The position numbers and the translations under genes were made by a program. Below the pieces are notes generated by a model. The model was not told the DNA's origin, did not search any database, and was given only the letters and a program-made list of their open reading frames with translations. 64,000 nucleotides of DNA from assembly GCA_964036045.1 (NCBI GenBank), contig OZ038378.1, positions 129,580,001-129,644,000 of the forward strand. Reading direction: 5' to 3'. The stretch comes from Eutreptiella sp. 'Long Island Sound 2002'. Taxonomy: Eukaryota > Protista > Euglenida. Within the stretch, counting starts at the first letter, position 1, and every line of letters starts with the position of its first letter. Positions 13,017-24,302 of this stretch are shown in pieces.

Positions 13017-14680
13017 ATGGCAGCCAAGAAGACCGACAAAGGAAAGGGATTCAATCGCACGATGGCTGCTATGGAGACGTTTATGGAACAAACAAAATCA
13101 ATCCTTGTTGATGCGAAGAAGGAGAAGGATAAGGGTCAACACAAAGATCAAAAGGCGCCACGGAGTACGCCGAGGCGGCGGGGCCGACCCTCCAACAACA
13201 AGACTCATATACCAGACCAAGCACCACGTCGAAACCGGGAGGCACGCGAAGCACCGCAAGCAGCACATCTTCCACAGCTCATAATCGAACCACATCAAGG
13301 TACGTCAAGTCTTGAGAGTTATGTGTTGAAGAACCCTTGTTTTCTAGATCGGTTCCCCGGGCATCGTGCTGGTGACCACAAACATCTACCCAAACAATGG
13401 CCACCGATTATCGATCGACGATGGAATGAACGAAAGAAAACGTGGAAAACTGTAGAAAGTGCTTACGCAAAGGGATTTTGAATTGATGAAATTGCGGCAT
13501 AACGTGGAGTTGACATGTCCACGTGGCCACATATTTCAGAAGTGATCGATGTGCTCATGTCTTTTGCCGAGTATGCATGCTTGACCAAACATGGTTGGAT
13601 GCGGTTGCATGATGGTACTGATAAAAAATGGACACCACCACCACCATCCCGTCAACCAGATGCACTCCCGATGTAGCAGAAGAACGGATTACACAGTCCT
13701 AGGACGCCTGCGGCCGAAGGAGAAACGTTGTCTAGGGAATCCTCCGAGGATGGCAGGCATGATGATGCCACGCAGAGCCAAAATGCACCCCGATATACTG
13801 CTGGTATGCCTGCAGGATTACACACTGTAGCTCATGCAGACCCGCCTCCTGTGGACTAGGCAGCACTAGCATGAGAACCAATGGATTTGGCTTTGCCGGA
13901 GGAAAACCTGCGAAAGTGAACTCACCTCATTCACCAAAAAGTGGTAAGAAGTCGACGGGACCCCCTACGACACCGAAAAAGCCTTCCGGCGGTGCTCCTC
14001 AGGATTCAATTCTCACACATCACCACGGCAAGACGTCACCTTAGGCTGCTGCACCATGGGGACATGCCTTCTCGCCCATCCGGCCGTCTAATGGCAACCA
14101 AAGTCAAGCTGCTATTGTGGATGTGGGACAACTTGATCGGGAAGTACGCAGAGTTGCAGGTGAAGTTGGAAAATTGACAACTGACATGCATGAGGCACGA
14201 CAGCATTTATTCATCTTGCGTGACAGCGTTATGAACCTCGAAGTTGGCCAAACACACAACGAAGTCATGATGGAAATGTTGGTAGGGGCTCACAATATTA
14301 GCGCGGAATCATTACAAGAGCGTATGGTAGCTGCTAAAGAACGCCTAACCGTGTCCGAACAACACCGTGGCTTGTTATTCCCGGCAGCAAGCCCTGCTCA
14401 CTATGCTGTCACTACCAATGCAAGTCCTGGGACTGAGGTACCTTCTATTTCTACGAGGACCGAGGCTGTCAAACAGAAGCAGAAACTGTGTGGTGCCAGT
14501 CGATCACCAACGAATGTGAAACGCCCGGTTCCAGAACCGCCTCCATGGACAGCGGTGAACCTGTTTGTGGACAATGTCTACAACCAACCACTGTATGACT
14601 TACCCGTTACAGTTCTACAAAAAATGCTGATAGAATTGAGTGGTCACGATGCTATGGAATCTTTCAAGAACCAAGGCTAG
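13017..14680 (+). pseudogene. Decayed ORF1-like coding region with AT-hook (PRRRGRP) and a coiled-coil-like segment
   Basis: ORF 13017-13481 is Lys/Arg-rich and continues in frame past several stops. ORF 14117-14680 is heptad-like (LDREVRRVAGEVGKLTTDMHEARQHL). Confidence 0.45.
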
Positions 14681-14689
14681 TCTAACGTC

Positions 14690-15301
14690 GTGGGTGCCAT
14701 TAGTCACATTATGGAGAATGGTTTGTATTTGGTGGTAAAGGTGATCAAAGCACCACTATCAAAGCAACTGTGGACTGTGGAGTGTGGACGGGTTTGTTAC
14801 GTGTTATCGAAAGGCGCCCTCAGTTGGGCTTTGGAAATCCTTCCATCCGAGTTCACTGCTGGTAGAGGATGGTCTCAGAATATCGGACAAGCCCCACGCT
14901 ATGACATCGCTATGAATCATGTGTTTTGCTGCCCATACAGTGCACAAGCACGAGCTGATTTGCTAAATCCCCCGACAAAACAGCGCAGGGTTGATCTGGC
15001 ACATGACGTCAGTTCACAACACAGTGCTCCATCGAGCTATGCTCATGCCCAACAACCAGATACAACGGTGCGCATTGTGGATGCCGAAGCTAACAATATC
15101 CCGGTGCATAGCACTACGTCATCGGCCCCGGGCGGATTTTTGGAGGACGAGGCAGCCTTGGCCAATCGCGTTCCCGGAAGCCAGTTATGCCTTACTGGTT
15201 CTGCTATGTTTGGCGTAGAGCAATCCACACCCGAAATTCCCGCACAACCTGCATTTTCCATCTTTGAGGAGAATGATGTTTCAGATGACTCGCTATATTG
15301 A
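14690..15301 (+). CDS. Hypothetical accessory ORF (203 aa) of the PLE unit
   Basis: Open, co-oriented and tightly packed; no recognisable domain. Confidence 0.35.
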   Translation: MGAISHIMENGLYLVVKVIKAPLSKQLWTVECGRVCYVLSKGALSWALEILPSEFTAGRGWSQNIGQAPRYDIAMNHVFCCPYSAQARADLLNPPTKQRRVDLAHDVSSQHSAPSSYAHAQQPDTTVRIVDAEANNIPVHSTTSSAPGGFLEDEAALANRVPGSQLCLTGSAMFGVEQSTPEIPAQPAFSIFEENDVSDDSLY

Positions 15302-15372
15302 TTGGCTCTGCATATACGTCTCCACCGCTTGCTGATCCCCAGCCGGCGGCATTCCATTTCTTTGCGACCTAA

Positions 15373-15768
15373 GTGCTAATTTTTGTTATGGCTTCTATCA
15401 TTGCCGACCTCTTCTCGGATTTGCCTCACACCATTCCACGTATTGTAGTACAGCAAGTTTCGTACCAAATACAACGGGAACTCATTTGCTATCACTACGT
15501 GAACCAGTTTCTATGTTGGAACACACATTGCAGCTACCTAGTGCTCAAGAGAACCCCAAAAGTCCATCCCTGCCCACGTTGTCTGTTGGTGACACATTTG
15601 ATGTGTCACAACCACCGTCCATTCCGACGGAGCCGGAAAATGCATGTGTGTGACCAATGGATGTCTTTGACGTTTGCACACAAAGGGTGGCGGCGTCTAT
15701 GGGACTTTTTTTCCAGCACGTCACAATTGGACAGACTGGTCCCACGTACAACCACAGCATGCACATGA
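15373..15768 (+). CDS. Hypothetical accessory ORF with a Cys-rich, zinc-ribbon-like motif
   Basis: CWNTHC-x13-CPRC. Confidence 0.3.
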   Translation: MLIFVMASIIADLFSDLPHTIPRIVVQQVSYQIQRELICYHYVNQFLCWNTHCSYLVLKRTPKVHPCPRCLLVTHLMCHNHRPFRRSRKMHVCDQWMSLTFAHKGWRRLWDFFSSTSQLDRLVPRTTTACT

Positions 15769-15896
15769 TTTCATGGTATGTGCACGGCATATACACGATA
15801 TGCATGCTTCTCAGCAATGTGTATCACCCAGCAGCAACGTAAACCATTGGTCTGCCCGCTTGACTGGGGGTTGGGAGGTTTTCCTCACACGCACCC

Positions 15897-16376
15897 TTGG
15901 GGTTGCTCTTGCTCTGCGGTCTTCTGTATGGCCCACGCCCTGCAGCCAATTTTCCGGCCACTAGCTCATGTATGTTTTTCGGTGGACTGTACCAACTGGA
16001 CTTGTACGCCGTGTTGTGTACTACTGACTCCGACGCGGTGTTTGTCCGGATAGACTTGTACACCACCCCTGATAGTGATAGTTTGACAATATTGGATGAA
16101 AATTTGGCGCATGTGAAAACGTTTCGTATGGTCTTGCTGATACACGGTGCATCTTCACCCAGTTGGAACACATGGGTGGCTCGGTGGGAATCACGTGGGC
16201 GAAGTTTTTTGGCCTGGGCCAGTGATACCATTCGCATGCGCATGTATGATAAACATGTTGAGACAGAGGTGTGGCGCAATGTGGATGGGCCTTGGAAGTT
16301 GCATATGGTGGATAGTGGGGTGAAAACAATAGGTACCAGTGTGGAGCGGTTTACGAACACTGATGCTGTAGGGTAG
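15897..16376 (+). CDS. Hypothetical accessory ORF (159 aa) directly upstream of the GIY-YIG ORF
   Basis: Open ORF ending 26 nt before the ATG at 16403; no recognisable domain. Confidence 0.35.
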   Translation: MGLLLLCGLLYGPRPAANFPATSSCMFFGGLYQLDLYAVLCTTDSDAVFVRIDLYTTPDSDSLTILDENLAHVKTFRMVLLIHGASSPSWNTWVARWESRGRSFLAWASDTIRMRMYDKHVETEVWRNVDGPWKLHMVDSGVKTIGTSVERFTNTDAVG

Positions 16377-16402
16377 CTGGGCAGAAAACACTCATCCACT
16401 GT

Positions 16403-17615
16403 ATGGCTTCATCTGCCCCTGTGTACTTCGTGGCCGTCGTGGATCACAACCCACACCCTTATACAGCTACACTGCCTTCCACTGACGGTGTGCCATCAGA
16501 TTGTGATGATGCTGCTTTGCGGCTGTTTTGGACCAAGTGTAATCATATTGCACAACAACGCGACCTACTATTGGCATCCCGGCCGGTTAATTGGGATGCG
16601 GTTGCTGAGAGTATAATTGCCTCCAATGTTATGTTACAACATGCACCGCATGGATCTTCACGCATATTGGCCCGTCTTGCCAAACTGCCCCTATCTTGGG
16701 ATCCGCGTCAGCCTGCACGACTGATATATGTAGTTTATGGCCCGTTCCCGCCATATGTGGGACAAACAAGTTGTGTCAATGAACCACGTTCATTGTTAGA
16801 TTGCTACCGTGAAAACCTACGCAGGGCACACTTTTTGCAGAAACACTCCCAGGGTTGCAGAATATGCCGTGTGCGTGGGTTATGCTCCTTCGGAAAACTG
16901 CCTTGCCTTACCAAAGTGTTAGCACATGAAGGTGTGGCACGGGTATCAATTCTGGGACTCCAATTGGTTCCGGAACACACACATGCAGGCGGTCCAGAAG
17001 GATGGTGGGTGCATGTCCTTTCCCCTACTTTAAATCAAGTCCTGCCTTTTGGTGGATTAGATGGAATGCGTTGGAACTCACTTCTCAATAGATCGCACCA
17101 AAGTTCACAAGAAACGTCTATGAAGTCACTAATACAAGATATTGTCAATAGTCATGGACGAGCCTTCTCTGCGGATGAGTTACCGTCTTTTGCTATAGAC
17201 TGCTATAATCATGTAGACATATCACTCTTTGAGCGGTTCTTTCATATTGTGCGGCGCAAAGTACAAGCACATTGAGGTTTCACCTTGAAGGGACGAGTTT
17301 TGGTGCGGGTACTGGCTTATGATGCGCACTCTATTATGGTTACTCGCAAAGCGGTGAGCAAGGCTTTGATGAGTCTTGATAAGTGCCTGAGTGTACGACT
17401 ATGGTACGTCCGTGTACTATCCGTAATGCCACTGCCTTCCCCGTCTGCTACAATGGCCTCACGTCCTGTGCATATGCCGAAGTGCCCTTTTGTTGCAGCT
17501 CGAGTGTTGAGCGAAGCATACGAACAGGGTAACCGAGGGTAGATCGAGCGACGCTTGGGGGGTATTGATTTTCTGCAGCTAGAACCCAATCTGGATATGT
17601 CACATTTCCATTGTA
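16403..17615 (+). pseudogene. PLE ORF X, part 1: GIY-YIG endonuclease and linker
   Basis: RLIYVVYGPFPPYVGQT...DCYREN...PEGWWVHVLSPTLN. In-frame stops at 17273 (TGA) and 17540 (TAG). Joins 18518 in frame (HC|TALAC) once the TA-flanked insert is removed. Confidence 0.8.
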
Positions 17616-18515
17616 CCCCCCCCCCCCTTGTATAAGCTACGCCCTTGTCCAAGCTACAGTAGGCATAGGGAAGCAATAATTTTGTACGTAATTTTAATTG
17701 CGTACGGTATGTAGTGCGGCCACAAAAGACATGGGTTTGGTGACAGCTTTGCCAAGTAGATGGAGCCATGGACACATTTGTTGTAAGCCTTCACCCACTT
17801 CAACCCACATGGCTCTGATTTTGGGAATATTTGTGCTTTATATTCCCGTTTACTTCCCCAAGGGGATGAAGTTGTCGGAGCTTGAGGATTTGAAGTATTT
17901 TGCCAATTCTGATTCTGATTCAAGTTCTGATTGTGATTCTGATTCCGGGACGGACACCGATGACGATGGTCCCATTTCTGAGTCTTCCTCAAGTGATGAT
18001 TCCGATGACTCCGATGATGAGCCCACTGAAGTTGTTTGGGCTAAGGCTGCCCGAGGCGTGTGGGGAATGGCCCATCTCTTCGATGGGAAGTTGTATTTTA
18101 CAAGGGACCACATGCAAGGCAATTTCATTCCCAAGAATTTGACATTGCCCAAGCCCAAACCAGCCCCTAAGCCTCAGCCAAGGCATCTTCAAGTGGTGAG
18201 CATGTGCAATTGTTCCGCATGGTGTATGATCGCAAGAAGGGTTTCCAAGCTGAACATTTGTAGGCTTCGCATTCCTCATTGCTTGTGCCAACATTTGTGT
18301 AAACCTGTAATTTTCATGTTCCCAAGGCCTTCTTGTGTTTGCATGCACTTGGTAATGTGGGCGGAGGTCAAGGTGCACTCATACCATGTGCGCGCGCACG
18401 TGTGTGTTGGTAGTTGTATTTATTGCGCATAAGCTACGCCCTTGTCCAAGCTACAGTAGGCGTAGGGACCGTAATAATTCCGTACATTGGCGTAGCTTAT
18501 ACAAGGGGGGGGGGG
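17616..18515. mobile_element. 900-bp TIR element (MITE-like) with poly-C termini and TA target-site duplication
   Basis: TIR C12-TTGTATAAGCTACGCC / GGCGTAGCTTATACAA-G11. TA at 17614-17615 and 18516-18517. Removal restores the ORF X frame. Internal direct repeat taagctacgcccttgtccaagctacagtaggc near both ends. Confidence 0.9.
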
Positions 18516-18517
18516 TA

Positions 18518-19277
18518 CTGCACTCGCGTGTGTCCTACGTGATGGCCGTAGCTGTAGTGAAGTATTCACACAATTCCCCCAATTAGAGAATGGGTTGGGT
18601 TATGCAGTTTTGCGATCACCTGAACAGTGGACAACCCTACTGGGTCCATTAACCGGTAACCTCTTAAGCAGCAACGCACGCAATCGCTTATGGCACTCCA
18701 CTGACACACTACATGAGAGTTGTGCGCAAGCCCTGCACAGCATCTCAATGTGTTTTACATCCCACTCGTCTGCGAAGGGTCCAAAGGTCTGTGACACTGA
18801 TTTTTGCTGCAAGGTAACTTCTGACTTGCCTGAGGACCTGATGCATCAGGTACAGGTATGCAATGTACGTGGCTTGCAACGTTTTCCGTCACAAACTGTT
18901 GATTTGGAAAATTCTGCAGGTCACGACTTGCATTCGTTTGGATTGTTCGGTGGTGTTTTTGACAAACAGCTCACACGACACTATGCAGTGTGTCGTTTGC
19001 AGGTGGAGGAACGCATTTTGTCATCCACTATCTTTGGTGATAGATTTTATGTGTGGGGCCTTAGTGATGAACCAGCGCACGCACGTGCAGTGTGTATGTT
19101 AGAACCGATGGGTCGTGCTCGACGGTGTAGTATTGTGCAGGACTCCCTTACTCACCGCTTGGGGCGCACTGTTTTCAGAGATCCAGTGCTGTTCGTTGAT
19201 TGGGTTTTGTCTAACCTTTTACACAGGACAACACAGCATGGTGCACGTTCCCTACCGGGCCCCCTCACCTTGTTTAA
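18518..19277 (+). pseudogene. PLE ORF X, part 2: Cys linker and RT N-terminal region
   Basis: RSCSEVFTQFP...GYAVLRSPEQW...SSNARNRL...VFDKQLTRHYAVC...STIFGDRFYVWG aligns by eye to 26670-27260 (HVVIRSPSDW...SANARNQF...DKKLTKLGALC...PTIFGSRFQLWG). Confidence 0.8.
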
Positions 19278-19625
19278 CAGTGTATGTTGTAATTCGTGTA
19301 ATTTTTTTTTTCCGCTGTAAATGCGCGTAACAAAAAAACCGTATAGTCGTGTAATTTTTTTTTTTCGCTGTAAGTCGTGTAAGCCGGCTTACACGACTTA
19401 TCGCGAAAAAAAAAAATACACCACCTGACGGTTTTTTTGTTACACGCATTACAGCGAAAAAAAAAAATTACACGACTTACAGCAAAAAAAAAATTTACAC
19501 GACCTGACGGTTTTTTTGTTACACCCATTTACAGCGGAAAAAAAAATTACACGACTTACAGCAAAAAAAAAAAATTACACGACCTGACGGTTTTTTGTTA
19601 CACGCATTTACAGCAGAAAAAAAAA
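19278..19625. repeat. Foldback palindrome and modular subterminal repeats at the MULE left end
   Basis: Perfect core gtcgtgtaagccggcttacacgac centred at 19385/19386; near-perfect arms extend ~100 bp each side. Confidence 0.9.
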
Positions 19626-19639
19626 GCGTCAGGGGTTAT

Positions 19640-21052
19640 GTAGCCAATTTGCCCACTTGTGGGCCACTTCTGATTCTGCCCCCCGCTCTGCAGCGGTTGG
19701 GCTCCCCGATACGGCAGGGGTGAGGTAGCCAAATTTCCCACTTGTGGGCCACTTCTGATTCTGCCCCCCGCTCTGCAGCGGTGGGGCTCCCCGATACGGC
19801 AGGGGTGAGGTAGCCAATTTGCCCACTTTTGGGCCACTTCTGATTTTGCCCCCCGCTCTGCAGCGGTGGGGCTCCCCGATACGGCAGGGGTGAGGTAGCC
19901 AATTTGCCCACTTGTGGGCCACTTCTGATTCTGCCCCCCGCTCTGCAGCGGTGGGGCTCCCCGATACGGCAGGGGTGAGGTAGCCAATTTGCCCACTTGT
20001 GGGCCACTTCTGGTTCTGCCCCCCGCTCTGCAGCGGCGGGGCTCCCCGATACGGCAGGGGTGAGGTAGCCAATTTGCCCACTTGTGGGCCACTTCTGATT
20101 CTGCCCCCCGCTCTGCAGCGGTGGGGCTCCCCGATACGGCAGGGGTGAGGTAGCCAATTTGCCCACTTGTGGCCACTTCTGATTCTGCCCCCCGCTCTGC
20201 AGCGGTGGGGATCCCCGATACGGCAGGGGTGAGGTAGCCAATTTGCCCACTTGTGGGGCACTTCTGATTCTGCCCCCCGCTCTGCAGCGGTGGGGCTCCC
20301 CGATACGGCAGGGGTGAGGTAGCCAATTTGCCCACTTGTGGGCCACTTCTCATTCTGCCCCCCGCTCTGCAGTGGTGGGGATCCCCGATACGGCAGGGGT
20401 GAGGTAGCCAATTTGCCCACTTGTGGGCCACTTCTGATTCTGCCCCCCGCTCTGCAGCGGTGGGGCTCCCCGATACGGCAGGGGTGAGGTAGCCAATTTG
20501 CCCACTTGTGGGCCACTTCTGATTCTGCCCCCCGCTCTGCAGCGGTGGGGCTCCCCGATACGGCAGGGGTGAGGTAGCCAATTTGCCCACTTGTGGGCCA
20601 CTTCTGATTCTGCCCCCCGCTTTGCAGCGGTGGGGATCCCCGATACGGCAGGGGTGAGGTAGCCAATTTGCCCACTTTTGGGCCACTTCTGATTCTGCCC
20701 CCCGCTCTGCAGCGGTGGGGCTCCCCGATACGGCAGGGGTGAGGTAGCCAATTTGCCCACTTGTGGGCCACTTCTGATTCTGCCCCCCGCTCTGCAGCGG
20801 TGGGGCTCCCCGATACGGCAGGGGTGAGGTAGCCAATTTGCCCACTTGTGGGCCACTTCTGATTCTGCCCCCCGCTCTGCAGCGGTGGGGCTCCCCGATA
20901 CGGCAGGGGTGAGGTAGCCAATTTGCCCACTTGTGGGCCACTTCTGATTCTGCCCCCCGCTCTGCAGCGGTGGGGCTCCCCGATACGGCAGGGGTGAGGT
21001 AGCCAATTTGCCCACTTGTGGGCCACTTCTGATTCTGCCCCCCGCTCTGCAT
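19640..21052. repeat. Homogeneous 85-bp tandem array (~16.5 copies)
   Basis: Unit gggccacttctgattctgccccccgctctgcagcggtggggctccccgatacggcaggggtgaggtagccaatttgcccacttgt; starts at 19661, 19746, etc. Confidence 0.97.
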
Positions 21053-23673
21053 TGTTCCCTGGCTGGAAATGGCTTGTCCAATATGTTACAAGTGACGGTG
21101 CACCTGCAATGGGGGGTTCTGCTCACAAAGTGTGGCGTACCCTGGTAGCATGGTTGCAATGTGTGTACCACGTCTTCCGAAACTTCAAAAGAGCTTTGTC
21201 CCAGAGCCTACCCGGGGCCGCTTTCAAGAAGGAGCGTCTTGCACTGTATCAATGCCTCCAGACAATACGGTGTAGTTGGTCTCCCAAGGTTAAGAATGCC
21301 GGGTGGAATGCCTTGACCAACCGTCCTTCTACCCGTCCAGAACACTTGGCACATATCAAGGAGCAATATGTGGACCAGCGGTCGAACTGGGCAGTTGGTG
21401 ACTCTCCTGCCGGCATTCCTGCGGCCACCCCTTCTGAGCCGCATGCACATATGCTGAAGGTGGTCACCGACCATCGAAGGTCCACGTTGGTGGAATTCTT
21501 GCAAGTCACATTGCCAAAGATTGCCAAGCAATGGACTAGCCGCCCTTTTGCCTTTTCTGGACGTGCCCCACAACCCGAGCCGTGGATGTGGCAAGAGAGC
21601 CAAGCACTGCAGATGTCAGGGTCATTTTTCAACGATGGCGACGCCCTTTTTTTCGACCAAGGAGATTCCTCAAAAAAACGAGGCTTGAACGGACAACCCA
21701 TTAAGGAGTATCGACCCATTGATGGTGCTGCCGTGGCCGAATGGAAAGCCACGTTGCGTAAGATAGAGGAAGGGACCTCAATTACGTGGGAGGTGTTTGT
21801 AGCCTTTCTCCGCATCCACCGCGTGACAGCAGATGGTTGTACTTGTGCAAACTATTGCACGTTCGCGATGTGTGAGGGTGTGTTGCTGTGGCTCCTCGTA
21901 AAAGAACCGAATTTTAAGGTACCCTCTCAATACTCTTGGGAGATTGTTGCCCAACGCCCTTTTAAGCTGGGCCGCATTGAGCGCAAGGTGACTGCACGTG
22001 CGGAGCCATCAACAAAGGTTCGCACCCGGCAGTCCGAAAAACTTGCATCCCAAAAGAAAAAGGCACTTGCAAACCGCCGCAGGAAGGTGGTGGCCGGTAG
22101 CGATACCGATAGCGATGCTAATGTCTCCACGCTTGCTCTGAACTCACCCAGTGCTGATGAGTCTACGTCTACTACCGTTGCTGCACCCATGGAGGTGCAT
22201 CGGAGAACTTGGCATTGCCTTAATCTCTTCCGGCCACCTTATGTGTGTGGCCAATGTCACAAGACCGTGTACTTGTGGTGCATGCATTGTGAGGGGTGTG
22301 GCTTTTGCCTACACACTTTGGAGTGTCCAGTTCGTGGAAGGGCCCACCCCAGCACGGACAAGTGGCTTTTTCAAAAGTGGTGTCAGGAGGTAGACGTTGA
22401 GGAGGTTTTGACCGCCACCCTCCCCAACGAGCCCGTGTCCGGTGACGAGGAGTTGGACGTCCTTTCTAATCCTCTATTGGCTTCTCCCCCAGGTAAGGAG
22501 GTGAAGAAAAAAGAGGTCCAGTCATCTGATTCAGAGGTGGACCTCTTTGCGCCTCCCCCTACGGCCCCTGTGCCAAAGAAGAAGGCGAAGGGAAAGAAGG
22601 TCTTGCCCAAGGCACCCCCTATCAACCCTCCCAATCCCCAAAGGCGTACTCGGAGCACCACTCCGAGCGAAACAACCCCTTTGGGGGTGGGAGATTGGTT
22701 GACCGACAAGGATATCCTGTGTTGGTTGAACCAAGAGGTCTGCCACAATGAAATCGATGAACCACGTGCGTGGACTCTCGCGGTTATATATATCAAGAGA
22801 CTCTCCAAGTACATGCAGAGAGTTGAATCCGGCGAAAGAATGACCAACATGAGGTGGTGCCGCCGCCACATTTTTGTGGTTAATTCCAATGACAAGGAAG
22901 GGTTGCACTGGTTTGTGTGTGCCTTCGATTGTCGTGTCCGGTTGGAGCTTTTCACTATTTGGGTTTGGGAACCCCTAAGCTCCACTCATTTGATCCGTCC
23001 TTTCTTGTCGGCCTTGAAGAAGCTTTCGCGAACCACCAAGCACCGCGCCTTGGGATTCCAAACGGACGGTTGGTCTTGTGGTTTTCAAAGCTTGAACATC
23101 GCAAAGCAGGTGGTGGAGCACCGGGGTACTTTTTCCAATGTGCCCCTTGTCCCAATGGGTGCCGGTTTTGTGGACTATGTGCTCAGCATTGTTAACGCTG
23201 ATCGTGCTGTGCGGGTCGCTCAAGCGCCCGGTGATGATGTGGAGGGCGTGATCGAGCTTGCTGGCCCTCCTGAGTCCCCCCCCAGCACCCAAGTTGAAGG
23301 TGCACTTTCAGCTAAGGAGGGCAGTGTTCAGGCCACCCCCACCCCACTCGAAGGCAAGGAGGCCTCCGCCGAGCAGAGCGTGGAAAGCCCGGAGGCTAGG
23401 CCGCAACCTTCCGTGGACACTCCCACCGAGGAGGAGGACACCCGTCCCAAGGTCCTCATCCGTGGAGAGTGGCGCAAGGTGCCGGATGGCTACCCAGCAG
23501 ATGCATCTGGCCAGCTGGAGCGTGACCAGCTTTTCATTGATGACCTGTGCAAGCAGGTAGTTCCAGAGTTGCGCGCCGCTTGTCAGCTTAACGCCAATCC
23601 TGGTGCAAAGCCCAAGTCCGGTGACACAAAAACGGACTTGATCTACAAGCGTGCATTCTGCAACTACTTGTAG
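21016..23673 (+). CDS. 5'-truncated MULE transposase fused to SWIM, Cys-rich zinc finger, Ulp1 (C48) protease and SAP domains
   Basis: YVTSDGAPAM (D2), LQCVYHVFRNF (CxxH), NWA...TPSEPHAHMLK (E). SWIM CTC-x7-CEG. CGQC...CMHCEGCGFCLHTLEC. Ulp1 WLTDKDI...LHWFVC...WEPL...FQTDGWSCG. SAP-like VPELRAAC...SGDTKTDLI. D1 is missing, replaced by the array. Confidence 0.85.
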   Translation: MWATSDSAPRSALFPGWKWLVQYVTSDGAPAMGGSAHKVWRTLVAWLQCVYHVFRNFKRALSQSLPGAAFKKERLALYQCLQTIRCSWSPKVKNAGWNALTNRPSTRPEHLAHIKEQYVDQRSNWAVGDSPAGIPAATPSEPHAHMLKVVTDHRRSTLVEFLQVTLPKIAKQWTSRPFAFSGRAPQPEPWMWQESQALQMSGSFFNDGDALFFDQGDSSKKRGLNGQPIKEYRPIDGAAVAEWKATLRKIEEGTSITWEVFVAFLRIHRVTADGCTCANYCTFAMCEGVLLWLLVKEPNFKVPSQYSWEIVAQRPFKLGRIERKVTARAEPSTKVRTRQSEKLASQKKKALANRRRKVVAGSDTDSDANVSTLALNSPSADESTSTTVAAPMEVHRRTWHCLNLFRPPYVCGQCHKTVYLWCMHCEGCGFCLHTLECPVRGRAHPSTDKWLFQKWCQEVDVEEVLTATLPNEPVSGDEELDVLSNPLLASPPGKEVKKKEVQSSDSEVDLFAPPPTAPVPKKKAKGKKVLPKAPPINPPNPQRRTRSTTPSETTPLGVGDWLTDKDILCWLNQEVCHNEIDEPRAWTLAVIYIKRLSKYMQRVESGERMTNMRWCRRHIFVVNSNDKEGLHWFVCAFDCRVRLELFTIWVWEPLSSTHLIRPFLSALKKLSRTTKHRALGFQTDGWSCGFQSLNIAKQVVEHRGTFSNVPLVPMGAGFVDYVLSIVNADRAVRVAQAPGDDVEGVIELAGPPESPPSTQVEGALSAKEGSVQATPTPLEGKEASAEQSVESPEARPQPSVDTPTEEEDTRPKVLIRGEWRKVPDGYPADASGQLERDQLFIDDLCKQVVPELRAACQLNANPGAKPKSGDTKTDLIYKRAFCNYL

Positions 23674-24302
23674 CGGGTGCATGTTTTGTGGGCTGTATTT
23701 TCCTCCGCCGTTTGGTGTACCAATGGTGGAGCGTATAAGATTGCTATAATATTGGCCCCATGCCAGTGCCTTGGTGGCCTATAATGGTGGCAGTAGCGTT
23801 GGCCATGGCCCTGTCGGGACTCTTTTTCTTGAGCCTGATTTTGTTCCCAGTGCAGGCACACTGGATGTTGGCCATGGCCCTGTCAGGACTCTTCTCTTGG
23901 GCCTGATTTTGAGTCTAGTGCCAATGACAACATGTGAAACTATGTTATATTGGCCGAGTCCCAACTAATTGGTGGCCACGCGGAGTACTATGTGCTTTGT
24001 GGACTCGGCGTCCCATCGTTAAGGTCGCTATGGGGTGCCGTACGGAACCGGCAGCTGTACATATTGCGCATGTATTGCAAAGGTTGGATTTCTTTCAATT
24101 TTTCAATTTTTTTTATAATTTACACGACTTACAGCAAAAAAAAAAATTGCACGACTTACCGCAAAAATTAAAAAATTCAATTTTTTTTTATAATTCACAC
24201 GACTTACAGCAAAAAAAAAAATTACACGCATTTACGTCATAAAAAACAAATTACACGACTATACGGTTTTTTTGTACACGACTTACATTTTTCACTGTTT
24301 AA

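Larger units (their letters stand above)
19278..24297 (+). mobile_element. 5020-bp Mutator-like (MULE) DNA transposon with CAGTG...CACTG termini and TTTAA 5-bp TSD
   Basis: TTTAA at 19273-19277 and 24298-24302. Imperfect TIR (18 of the first 23 nt) plus modular TTACACGACTTACAGC(A)n subterminal repeats. Excision restores L-F-N-M-L-Q-W in ORF X. Confidence 0.9.

Noticed and set aside
19640-21052. Possible CRISPR array
   Set aside because: The units are contiguous and near-identical with no unique spacers, there are no cas genes, and the context is eukaryotic.
19598-21171. Long minus-strand ORFs (484, 465, 236 and 273 aa) with a repeating 85-aa pattern
   Set aside because: They are a by-product of an 85-bp unit with no minus-strand stop in any frame. 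The unit is not a codon multiple, so all three frames cycle through the same peptide.
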